Shown here one piece after another: positions 45,363-54,165 of a stretch of 64,000 nt of DNA. The stretch is from Chlorobiota bacterium (GTDB lineage Bacteria > Bacteroidota > Ignavibacteria > Tepidaquicellales > OLB5), in assembly GCA_022616535.1 (NCBI GenBank), contig JAKEEM010000009.1:11353-75352 (forward strand), given 5' to 3'. How positions within the stretch are numbered: the first letter of the stretch is position 1; the number at the start of each line of letters is the position of its first letter. A program made the translations under genes and the position numbers. Below the pieces are notes generated by a model. That model was given only the letters and a program-made list of their open reading frames with translations, searched no databases and was not told where the DNA came from.

Positions 45363-46283
45363 TTAATTTATATTTGAATCTGTTTTAGTTTTTATTGAAT
45401 CTGTTTTGGATTTAACCGAATCTATTTTTACTTTGATTGTATCGATTTTCGCTGTTGTTGTATCGACCCACACGTTTCCTTCGGGCTGTTTTCCGGCAGG
45501 AGGCTTTGTTCCCTGCAGGCTCAAAACATAGCTCCCTACCTGCTGCATTTGCTTCGGATTCAGCATAGTTTTCCAGCTTATCATGCCTTTTACTGGAACA
45601 CCTTCCTTAATTGTCTTAAAAACGTTCTTAATCCCTCCTCCGTGTATCCAGTACTGGTCGGTTAAGTTGGGTCCAACCGTTCCTCCGGCATCGGGTCCGT
45701 GGCAGGGAACACAGTTAATTGTGAAAATCTGCTTCCCAGCATCAAGCGAGGGTACATCTGTTAATAAAATTACGTTTTCTTCATTTATGAAAGCTCCTGT
45801 TTTAATCAGCTCCTGTTTCTTTTCTTCGGCTATTCTTATTTCCTCAACAAACTCGTCAACCATAATATTTCCCGAGCCAAACACGTGGTAGTCCAGTAAA
45901 TAAATAGCCGCAAAAAGTACAGTTCCGTAAAACAATACATTAAACCACGGAGGGATTGTATTATTCAGCTCGCGTATACCGTCATACTCGTGGTCCATCA
46001 TTATGTCTTTTTCCTTCTCAACGGGAACAGCCCTGTTTAACACCCTTGAAAGCTTTGTCAGAAATGAGAATCTTTCCCTTCTTCTCTCGTATGAGTATTT
46101 ATATTTAGGTGTCGAAAGTATAAAGAACAAAATAAAAAGGAAAGCAACGAGCAGAAATACGGCGGCACCTGCAAGCTGTGAATATTCATTCATGCTTGAA
46201 TCATCTGCAGCCGTTTGTGCAAACTGCATATCATTTATTATAATCAGTGAAAATAAGGTAAATATTTTTTTTATAGTTTTCAT
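45363..46283 (-). CDS. ccoP: cbb3-type cytochrome c oxidase subunit CcoP-like (single heme c motif)
   Basis: 306 aa. Has the FixP N-terminal motif (HEYDGIRELNNTIPPWF), one CVPCHG heme site, and a heptad-repeat tail (DTIKVKIDSVKSKTDSIKTKTDS). Confidence 0.8.
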   Translation of the reverse strand: MKTIKKIFTLFSLIIINDMQFAQTAADDSSMNEYSQLAGAAVFLLVAFLFILFFILSTPKYKYSYERRRERFSFLTKLSRVLNRAVPVEKEKDIMMDHEYDGIRELNNTIPPWFNVLFYGTVLFAAIYLLDYHVFGSGNIMVDEFVEEIRIAEEKKQELIKTGAFINEENVILLTDVPSLDAGKQIFTINCVPCHGPDAGGTVGPNLTDQYWIHGGGIKNVFKTIKEGVPVKGMISWKTMLNPKQMQQVGSYVLSLQGTKPPAGKQPEGNVWVDTTTAKIDTIKVKIDSVKSKTDSIKTKTDSNIN

Positions 46284-46468
46284 TTTAAATCTCCCGCCGA
46301 ATCATTATTGGAATTTTCCAAAGGGAGAGATGCCATTTTATTTAAGTATTTTTTATCTGCTTTAAACATCCATATTATTATCGCAATGAAAAACAGTACG
46401 AATATCACCAGCGATATTATCGGGTAAATTTCAATTCCTTCTATGCTTTGAAGAACATGTTTATACAA
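46280..46468 (-). CDS. ccoQ: CcoQ/FixQ-like small membrane subunit
   Basis: 62 aa with a single TM segment, located between ccoNO and ccoP. Its stop overlaps the ccoP start (ATGA). Confidence 0.65.
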   Translation of the reverse strand: MYKHVLQSIEGIEIYPIISLVIFVLFFIAIIIWMFKADKKYLNKMASLPLENSNNDSAGDLK

Positions 46469-46469
46469 T

Positions 46470-48666
46470 CTATTTAACCTCCTTTGGTTCTATTGTTTTT
46501 ATATCGGCAGTTATTTCGCCTTTAATGTCAGTTCCGAGTCTTTGCAGATAAGCTATTAGGGCTATTATTTCCTTATCGCTCGTAACGGGCGCTCCGTTTT
46601 TCTGCAAATCTTTGGTGATTTCATCGGCTTGTTTTGTTAAGTCGTTTAATGCCTGTGTTTCGTATCCTTCGGGATAAGGAACGCCGATTTTCCTCATTGC
46701 ATTAATCTTTGCTTCAGTGGTCGAGATGTCAAGTGACTGCTCAAACAGCCAGGTATACCTGGGCATAATTGAGCCCGGCGAAATTGATGCGGGGTCATCC
46801 ATATGCAGGTAGTGCCATACATTCGGATACTTTTTGCCTTCCCTGTGCAGGTCAGGCCCCGTTCGCTTTGAGCCCCATAAAAACGGGTGGTCGTAAACAA
46901 ACTCGCCCGCTTTGGAATATTCCCCGTACCTTTCGGTCTCGGAGCGGAACGGTCTTATCATTTGCGAATGGCAGTTATTGCATCCTTCCCTAATATAAAT
47001 ATCCCTGCCCTGCAGCTCTAAAGGCGTGTACGGCTTAACGCTCGAAATTGTCGGCACATTTGATTTCACTAAAAACGTAGGGATTAACTCTACCAGTCCC
47101 CCGATTAAAACTACAACCAATGAAACAAGCGCAAACTTAACGGGTCTTTTTTCAAGCCATCGGTGCCTTGCGCCTGCAGCTGAGCCCGGTTCAATCAATT
47201 CCCTTGCCGGTGCTTCTGCCGGCTCTTCTGCAATCAGCCTGCCCTGCGTGGAGGTTTTGTATAAGTTGTAAACACCAACAATTACCCCCGTTAAGTAGAA
47301 TGTTCCGCCGATTGAGCGGATTGCATACATCGGGATAATCTGTGTAACCGTTTCTAAAAAGTTTGGGTACTGTAATATCCCCTCGGCGGTAAACTCTTTC
47401 CACATCAATGACTGCGTTATTCCCGCCCAGTACATTGCCGAAGCATAAAATACTATGCCAAGAGTTCCTATCCAGAAATGGAAGTTAGCCAGCTTCTTTG
47501 AATAAAGGTTTGTTCCATAAATCTTAGGTACGAGCCAGTAAAGAACGCCGAATGTCAGAAAGCCATTCCACCCAAGCGCACCTACGTGAACGTGGGATAC
47601 AATCCAGTCAGTAAAATGCGCAATTGCATTAACGTTCTTAAGCGAAAGCATCGGTCCCTCAAACGTTGCCATACCGTAAGCGGTGACTGCAACAACCATA
47701 AATTTAAGTATGGGGTCTTCGCGGACTTTATCCCATGCGCCGCGGAGTGTTAAGAGCCCGTTAATCATTCCTCCCCACGAGGGAGCAATAAGCATTATAG
47801 AAAACACTGTGCCTAGCGACTGTGCCCAGTCAGGAAGCGCGGTATTATAATAAATGATGAGGACCTGCCCAGATGTAAATAAATATCAGCACCCAGAAAT
47901 GAACAATCGAAAGCTTGTATGAGTAAACGGGTCTGTTTGCCGCTTTGGGCAGATAATAATACATCAGCCCTAAAAAGGGAGTTGTTAGGAAAAACGCCAC
48001 AGCATTATGTCCATACCACCATTGAACCAGTGCGTCCTGAACTCCTGCATAAACAGAGTAGCTTTTCAAGAACGTAACGGGCATTTCAATAGAATTAACT
48101 ATGTGCAGCACGGCGACCGTTACAACGGTCGCTATGTAAAACCAGATAGCAACGTACATATGCTTTTCTCTGCGCCTAATGATAGTCCCGAACATGTTGA
48201 TAGCAAATACTACCCACACAAGGGTTATTAGAATATCAATAGGCCATTCGAGCTCAGCATACTCCTTGCTAGTGGTGATACCTAAAGGAAGTGTTAGTGC
48301 CGCACATAGAATTATAAGCTGCCATCCCCAAAAATTAATTTTGCTTAAAAGGTCGCTGAACATCCTTGCTTTACAAAGCCGTTGCAGCGAATAATAAACA
48401 CCCATAAAAATAGCATTGCCCACAAAGGCAAAAATGACGGCGTTTGTGTGAAGCGGTCTGATACGGCTGAATGTTGTGTATTGAAGATTGAAGTTCAAAG
48501 CAGGAATGTAAATCTGAAACGCAATCAATAATCCGACAAGCATTCCCACAATCCCCCAAACCATCGTTGCGATTGCAAAATCACGAACTATTTTGTTATC
48601 GTAACTAAACTTTTCCAATCCAATCGCACCGTGAACACCGGTATCCAAAGATTCCTCTTTATGCAT
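46470..48666 (-). pseudogene. ccoN: cbb3-type cytochrome c oxidase CcoN-CcoO fusion, interrupted by a frame break at ~47845-47853
   Basis: ORF 47845-48666 holds the CcoN N-terminal part and ends ...WAGPHHLL*. The +1 frame continues [28 protein letters not shown] into ORF 46470-47807 (rest of CcoN plus CcoO with CNNCHS). Both frames are open across 47848-47885. Confidence 0.8.
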
Positions 48667-49903
48667 TTTGATAGCTCCTCAGTTTCGTTTTATATTCGTT
48701 ATTTATAATGTTAAGCTCTCTCAAACACTTTTTTATTCTCTCAAGTGCAATTGAGATGTCATTGTCCAAACCGACCGAGAATCTTATTAGCCCGTCGCTT
48801 AAACCCATCGATTTCTGGTCTTCACCCGGAATTTCTGATGAAGTGCTGTGTCCCGGCGCGCTGAAAAGCGTTTTAAAATAACCAAGACTTACCGCAAGGT
48901 AACCCACGCGTTCTTCCTGCATTCTTACCATAAGCTTTGCAGCATTTTCATACGTGCCCACATCAAGAGCCAGCATTCCCCCGTAGCCGAAGCCTTCATT
49001 CATTAACTCATTGATTAAATTGTAATGCTTGTTTGATTTTAGTCCCGGGTAATAGACTTTTAATCCAAGCATTTCAAATTCCTGCGCAAGATATAACGCA
49101 TTTGCGCCGTGCTTTTCCATTCTGATATGAAGTGTATGCAGGTTTTTTAAAATACTTGCAGCTCGCAGACTGTCAAGCACGGGACCTAAAAGCATTGTTG
49201 CGCCTGAGTTTACATCAGTTAAGCTGTTTATAAATTCTTCGGTTGAGCAAATACACCCTGCAACGCAATCGCTTGTGCCGTTGATAAATTTTGTCATGCT
49301 GTGAATAACTATATCTGCTCCGAGCCGCTTGGGTGATATAATCATAGGGCTGAAGGTGTTATCCACAACCAGCTTTACGTTGTGCTTTTTTGTAATTTCG
49401 CTTAAGGCGGGGATATCGGTTATTTCAAGCAGGGGATTACTGATTGATTCAGCGTAAATTACTTTTGTTTTGCCTGTAATTGCTTCTTCCACCTGCTTAA
49501 GGTTCTGCATATCCACAAAATTTACCTTGATTCCAAGTTTTGGAAGAAAGTTTTTGAAAAGCGCGTAAGTTCCCCCGTAAATGGTTCTTTCTGATACAAT
49601 TTCATCTCCCGCGCCGCACAATTGCAGTATTACTGTGCTTATCGCACCCATTCCCGATGCAGTTACCTGCGCCGATTCGGTATCCTCAAGTCTCGCAAGC
49701 GCGTTTGAAAGAAACTTGTTAATCGGGTTCCAGTGCCTTGAGTAAAGGAAACACCCTTCGATATCGTGCTGGAAGGATTCCTCCATTGTTTTGGGATTTA
49801 AAAATGTAAATGTGGATGAATCCGTAATGGACGGGTTGACATCGCCGAACTCGCCGAATACTAAGTAATCGTGTATTTGTGTGCTTGGGTCAAACTTTTT
49901 CAT
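48659..49903 (-). CDS. Cys/Met-metabolism PLP-dependent enzyme (methionine gamma-lyase / cystathionine gamma-synthase family)
   Basis: 414 aa. Has YSRHWNP, ASGMGAI and the PLP-Lys motif [12 protein letters not shown]. Overlaps ccoS (14 nt) and the ccoN start (8 nt). Confidence 0.8.
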   Translation of the reverse strand: MKKFDPSTQIHDYLVFGEFGDVNPSITDSSTFTFLNPKTMEESFQHDIEGCFLYSRHWNPINKFLSNALARLEDTESAQVTASGMGAISTVILQLCGAGDEIVSERTIYGGTYALFKNFLPKLGIKVNFVDMQNLKQVEEAITGKTKVIYAESISNPLLEITDIPALSEITKKHNVKLVVDNTFSPMIISPKRLGADIVIHSMTKFINGTSDCVAGCICSTEEFINSLTDVNSGATMLLGPVLDSLRAASILKNLHTLHIRMEKHGANALYLAQEFEMLGLKVYYPGLKSNKHYNLINELMNEGFGYGGMLALDVGTYENAAKLMVRMQEERVGYLAVSLGYFKTLFSAPGHSTSSEIPGEDQKSMGLSDGLIRFSVGLDNDISIALERIKKCLRELNIINNEYKTKLRSYQNA

Positions 49904-50114
49904 TTTCGTTTATGTTTTTGCTGTTTATAGTTTTGTTGTTTATAGTTTTGTTGTTTATAGTTTTGTTGTTTATAGTTTTGTTATCAAATAAAATTCTTAC
50001 GCTTGGAGTGTAAGAGTCGTCATACTGCCCGGTTTTAACCGCCCAGATGAATGCAAATAAAAAACTCGCTGCAATCAGCAGACTGAATCCGATTAAAACA
50101 AGAATTACACTCAT
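49890..50114 (-). CDS. ccoS: cbb3 oxidase maturation protein CcoS with a repetitive C-terminal tail
   Basis: 74 aa. FLFAFIWAVKTGQYDD is typical of CcoS/FixS. The tail is (NKTIN)x4. Confidence 0.8.
   Translation of the reverse strand: MSVILVLIGFSLLIAASFLFAFIWAVKTGQYDDSYTPSVRILFDNKTINNKTINNKTINNKTINSKNINENEKV
49908..49982. repeat. 15-bp in-frame tandem repeat (GTTTATAGTTTTGTT x4 perfect plus 1 degenerate)
   Basis: Read directly. Encodes the NKTIN repeats of the CcoS tail. Confidence 0.9.
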
Positions 50115-52576
50115 ACCAGACCCCTTTTCTTTGCCATTAAGTTCGTAGAGGAAACGGTGAAGAGCACAACCGTTACCGAGCTCAAAGGCATCAAAATTGC
50201 TGCAAGCAGGGGAGAAATTTCGGATTGAAATGCAAGAGTAACTCCGATTACGTTGTAAATAATCGAAATCACAAAGCTCGATATAATTATTTTCTTAGTT
50301 GTCTTTGAAAACCTCATAAAGCGGGCGAGCTTGCCAAATGATGATGCCTCAAGTATCCCGTCGCATGCTGGAGAGAAGCTTGCAGCGTCTTCCGAGATTG
50401 CTATACCAACATCGCTTTGCTTCAGCGCACCCGCGTCATTAAGTCCGTCGCCGACCATTAAAACCTTTCTGCCGTTTAGCTGCGATGATTCAATGAATTT
50501 GAGCTTATCCAGTGGTGACTGGTTAAACTTAAATTTTGTATTCTCATTAAAATACTTTGTCAGGTTTTCCTTTTCGCCGCTGCTATCGCCCGATAAAACG
50601 GCTAAGCTGTAATTTTCGTTTAATGCTGAAGTTATTTCCTCAAGCCCTGAGCGGTAAATGTTGTTTATGCTGAAATATCCTTTTATTGAACCCGCTATTG
50701 TTAAAAATATTCTTGTATCCGGCTTTTCACCTGCCTTATCGGGATAGTTCAATATTTTGTTGTTATCTGCGCAGAATAAAGCCGAGCCGAGACGGATTTT
50801 AACCTTATCAGCCGAGCCTTCGATTCCCCTGCCTGCGTGCTCAGTAAAGTCTTTTATTTCAAGTATTTCATTTGATTCAAGCGCGTCGTAAATCCTTCCG
50901 CTCAGGGGGTGGGTTGAGTTTCTCACAAGGGACTTTACGAGCTTTTGCTCGTATGAATTTAGTACCGAGCCGTTAAACGTTATGTTTGCATCACCTGTTT
51001 GGGTAATAGTACCCGTTTTATCGAACACAATTGTATCGATTTTTGACATCCGCTCAACAACCGAAGCGTTTTTAAGGTATAATTTGTTTTTGCCAAGTAT
51101 TCTTATGGCATTTCCCAGCGCAAAAGGATTTGTTAAAGCAATTCCGCAGGGACAGGCAATAATCAGTACCGCTGTAAACGCGTTAATTGCAGTTCTTAGA
51201 CTTACGGGGTACCAGTAAACAAACGCAGATGCGGCAATTAAAAGAATTATAACGGTAAAATATTTCCCAACAACGTTAACAAGCGAGTTAAAGCGGTTTT
51301 CATCTTTTTTTATAAATGTATCTTTATTCCAAAGCTGAGTCAGGTAGCTTTGCGAAACGGTTCTTATAACTTCCATTTCAACCGCTCCGCCGATTTGTTT
51401 TCCTCCGGCGTAAATTATTTCGCCTGCCACCTTCTGCACGGGGATTGATTCACCCGTTACGAAGCTGTAATCAATATTTGCGCTCGATGAAAATAGAATC
51501 GCATCTGCAGGCACAAGCTCGTTATTTCTGATGATGACTCTGTCTCCCTGCTTTAATTTTGAAACAGGTATGCTTGACTCAATTCCTTTGTTTACAATTG
51601 TTACCGAAATCGGGAAATATGATTTGTAATTTCTTTCGAAATTCAGCGCGTCATAAGTTTTGCTTTGAAACAGCTTGCCCAAAAGCAGGAAAAATATTAA
51701 CCCCGTCATTGAGTCGATAAATCCCGCCCCCGTACCGGTAAGGATTTCAAATACGCTTCTTACAAAAAGCACGGCAAGACCAAGTGAAATGGGAAAATCA
51801 ATATTAATTGTCTTTTGCTTTACTCCGTTATAAGCCGATTTAAAGTAATCCGATGCTGAATAAAATAAAACCGGAATGCCCAAAACTATATTCAGCAAGC
51901 CAAAAAATTGTTTATAAAGGGATTCCAGATGCGTTTCAAGCGAAAGGTATTCAGGGAAGCTGAGCAGCATAACGTTGCCGAAGCAGAATCCCGCTATGCC
52001 TATTTTGTAGTAAAGGTTTCTGTTTGAGCGGTATTTGATTTTATTTTCAATATCGCTTAAGCTAATCTGCGGCTCATAGCCAACTGATACAAGAAGCTCA
52101 ACTAGCCTGCGAAGCGAAATTTCATTATGATTAAACTTTACTGTAAGCGATTTCTGCAAGAAATTTACTTCGGAGTGGATTATGCCACAATTCAGCTTGT
52201 GAAGGTTTTCCAGAAGCCAGATGCATGAAGAGCAGTGAATCTGCGGAATGTTGAAGTTAACAACGGAAATGTTTCCGTCTGAAAAGCTGACAAGGCTGTT
52301 TATTATTTGATTATCATCGAGGTAGCTGCAGCGTGATTTAACTGCACTTTCAAGTTTTTCACTATCAAGCTTCTTTTGCGAAATACCGGGCGATTTGTCG
52401 ATTTCATAATAGGCGCAAAGGTTGTTTTCGTTTAGAATCTCAAAAACGGTTTTACAGCCAAGACAGCAAAAATGCCTGCCTTCTGCAGTAATATCAACTC
52501 TATCACATGCTTCGCCGCAGTGATAGCAGTTTGCCACTTCCTTTAGGTAAACTTCCGAAAACTGCATAATTTTCAA
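50111..52576 (-). CDS. ccoI: copper-translocating P1B-type ATPase CcoI/FixI
   Basis: 821 aa. N-terminal CYHCGEAC...FCCLGC, the CPC motif (ACPCGIAL), the phosphorylation site DKTGTIT and GDGLNDAGAL. Confidence 0.88.
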   Translation of the reverse strand: MKIMQFSEVYLKEVANCYHCGEACDRVDITAEGRHFCCLGCKTVFEILNENNLCAYYEIDKSPGISQKKLDSEKLESAVKSRCSYLDDNQIINSLVSFSDGNISVVNFNIPQIHCSSCIWLLENLHKLNCGIIHSEVNFLQKSLTVKFNHNEISLRRLVELLVSVGYEPQISLSDIENKIKYRSNRNLYYKIGIAGFCFGNVMLLSFPEYLSLETHLESLYKQFFGLLNIVLGIPVLFYSASDYFKSAYNGVKQKTINIDFPISLGLAVLFVRSVFEILTGTGAGFIDSMTGLIFFLLLGKLFQSKTYDALNFERNYKSYFPISVTIVNKGIESSIPVSKLKQGDRVIIRNNELVPADAILFSSSANIDYSFVTGESIPVQKVAGEIIYAGGKQIGGAVEMEVIRTVSQSYLTQLWNKDTFIKKDENRFNSLVNVVGKYFTVIILLIAASAFVYWYPVSLRTAINAFTAVLIIACPCGIALTNPFALGNAIRILGKNKLYLKNASVVERMSKIDTIVFDKTGTITQTGDANITFNGSVLNSYEQKLVKSLVRNSTHPLSGRIYDALESNEILEIKDFTEHAGRGIEGSADKVKIRLGSALFCADNNKILNYPDKAGEKPDTRIFLTIAGSIKGYFSINNIYRSGLEEITSALNENYSLAVLSGDSSGEKENLTKYFNENTKFKFNQSPLDKLKFIESSQLNGRKVLMVGDGLNDAGALKQSDVGIAISEDAASFSPACDGILEASSFGKLARFMRFSKTTKKIIISSFVISIIYNVIGVTLAFQSEISPLLAAILMPLSSVTVVLFTVSSTNLMAKKRGLV

Positions 52577-52630
52577 AACAAAATTACCTTTTTGCAGGGA
52601 AACGGGGTATGACTTTAGTCAATTGGGAAT

Positions 52631-52644
52631 ATGATTTTTATCAT
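52631..52644. promoter_or_regulatory. FNR/CRP-type box ATGATTTTTATCAT in the divergent ccoI / T9SS-cargo intergenic region
   Basis: TGAT-N4-ATCA centred about 61 nt upstream of the ccoI ATG (52576). Identical in sequence to the box at 40162-40175. Confidence 0.4.
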
Positions 52645-52714
52645 AGATTAAAATCGCAAAAAACACATAATTTTTAGGCATATTTGGCACTTGATTAACC
52701 TTTAAAGTTTTGCT

Positions 52715-54136
52715 ATGTTTTACAAAAAACAACGCGCTCCATTGAAAAAACTGATATACATATTATTATTTATCAATCTTCAATTTGCAATTGGCAATTT
52801 GCAAACGCAAGGCATTACTTGGCAGAAATTTTATGGTTCCGGCAGTGTAGATATAGCTTACTCAATACTGCAAACCCCTGACGGCGGATATATAACTACA
52901 GGCAGATACACAACCTCAAATGGCAATTTATTTATAATGAAACTCAACCAGTATGGGGACAGTGTTTGGATGAGGTCATTTCCCCACGGGTGGGCTTCGG
53001 ATATTGAAAAAACTAATGACGGTAACTATATAATTGCCGGCAATTTTGGCAGCTTAATTAAAATTAATAATAATAGTGATACGCTATGGGTAAAGCAGCC
53101 AAATTGGGTGGACAGATTTAGCTCAATCAAACAGACAAGCGATAACGGCTTTATTATTTGCGGTGCTAAAGATGAAATAAACACATACAAACCCCTACTT
53201 CAAAAATATGATTCTTTTGGCAATTTACAGTGGAGTAAGGTTTTTACAAACGGATTTTACGATGGGGGATTTACAGATGTTTTAATTGGGCCAAGCGAAT
53301 TTGTGTTAATTGGTATTTTTGCCGACACCATTCCCATTTATAACAGAATGTTTCTAATGAAAACAGATTTTTCGGGCAATCAGACTTTTTTTATGCCTTA
53401 TGATAGTATTGGAACCCCCATGACTATTCTAAGTTCAAACGATAATGGTTATATTATTGGCGGTTCTGGGCCGCCTGGAATAAGCGCGTTCCTTTCAAAG
53501 TTTAGTGTGAGTGGCAATTTATTGTGGCGAAGGGTTTATGATCCCGGCAACAGACTTGGTAAATGTAATTATGTTGCAAAAACCTTCGACGGTGGTTATG
53601 CATTAACTGGAGAATGGGATACAGCCGGAACATTTGATGCTTATATAAGACTTATAAAAACAGATTCACTGGGTAATGAGCAATGGAGAAAAGCATATGG
53701 TTATATAGATGACCATGCTTCTTTTTGCGTTCAGCAAACCGCCGATACAGGTTATATAATAAGCGGTTATATTGGTGTTTCATTTGATGATTTGTATTTT
53801 ATAAAAACAGATAAAAACGGATATGCCAATCCGCCTATAGGTATACACGAAATCTCAAATGAAACCCCTCTCGAATTTAAGCTTTTTCAAAATTTTCCAA
53901 ATCCTTTTAACTCCACAACAAAAATTAGGTATCAAGTAAATAGACAAGCAAAGATTTCAATTAAAGTTTATAATGTTTTGGGGCAGGAAATAAAAACATT
54001 AATGAACCGAGAGCAAAAAGTGGGTATTTATGAAATAACTTTTACTGGAAATAATTTATCCACGGGTTTATATCTTTATCGTTTGATAGTTGAAGGCATA
54101 ATTATTGACACAAAAAAAATGATTATAATCAAATGA
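52715..54136 (+). CDS. repeat-rich (beta-propeller-like) secreted protein with T9SS CTD
   Basis: 473 aa. Repeated DGGYIITG/DNGFIICG/DGGYALTG units. The CTD has NFPNPFNS...GLYLYRL...KKMIIIK. Confidence 0.65.
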   Translation: MFYKKQRAPLKKLIYILLFINLQFAIGNLQTQGITWQKFYGSGSVDIAYSILQTPDGGYITTGRYTTSNGNLFIMKLNQYGDSVWMRSFPHGWASDIEKTNDGNYIIAGNFGSLIKINNNSDTLWVKQPNWVDRFSSIKQTSDNGFIICGAKDEINTYKPLLQKYDSFGNLQWSKVFTNGFYDGGFTDVLIGPSEFVLIGIFADTIPIYNRMFLMKTDFSGNQTFFMPYDSIGTPMTILSSNDNGYIIGGSGPPGISAFLSKFSVSGNLLWRRVYDPGNRLGKCNYVAKTFDGGYALTGEWDTAGTFDAYIRLIKTDSLGNEQWRKAYGYIDDHASFCVQQTADTGYIISGYIGVSFDDLYFIKTDKNGYANPPIGIHEISNETPLEFKLFQNFPNPFNSTTKIRYQVNRQAKISIKVYNVLGQEIKTLMNREQKVGIYEITFTGNNLSTGLYLYRLIVEGIIIDTKKMIIIK

Positions 54137-54165
54137 GTTAAAAAAATAATCAGGAGGAAGTTAAA

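Noticed and set aside
47845-47853. Confident call of programmed +1 frameshifting in ccoN
   Set aside because: The stop-codon geometry fits, but UUA-to-UAU re-pairing is poor and there is no SD-like stimulator at prfB-like spacing. A 1-nt indel in an A/T run is the simpler explanation, so recoding is kept only as an alternative within the finding.
268-49982. Whether any tandem repeats (268-316, 4247-4282, 49908-49982, 59019-59058) form a CRISPR array
   Set aside because: The units are contiguous with no spacers, only 13-20 bp long and present in 2-5 copies. No cas genes are present.
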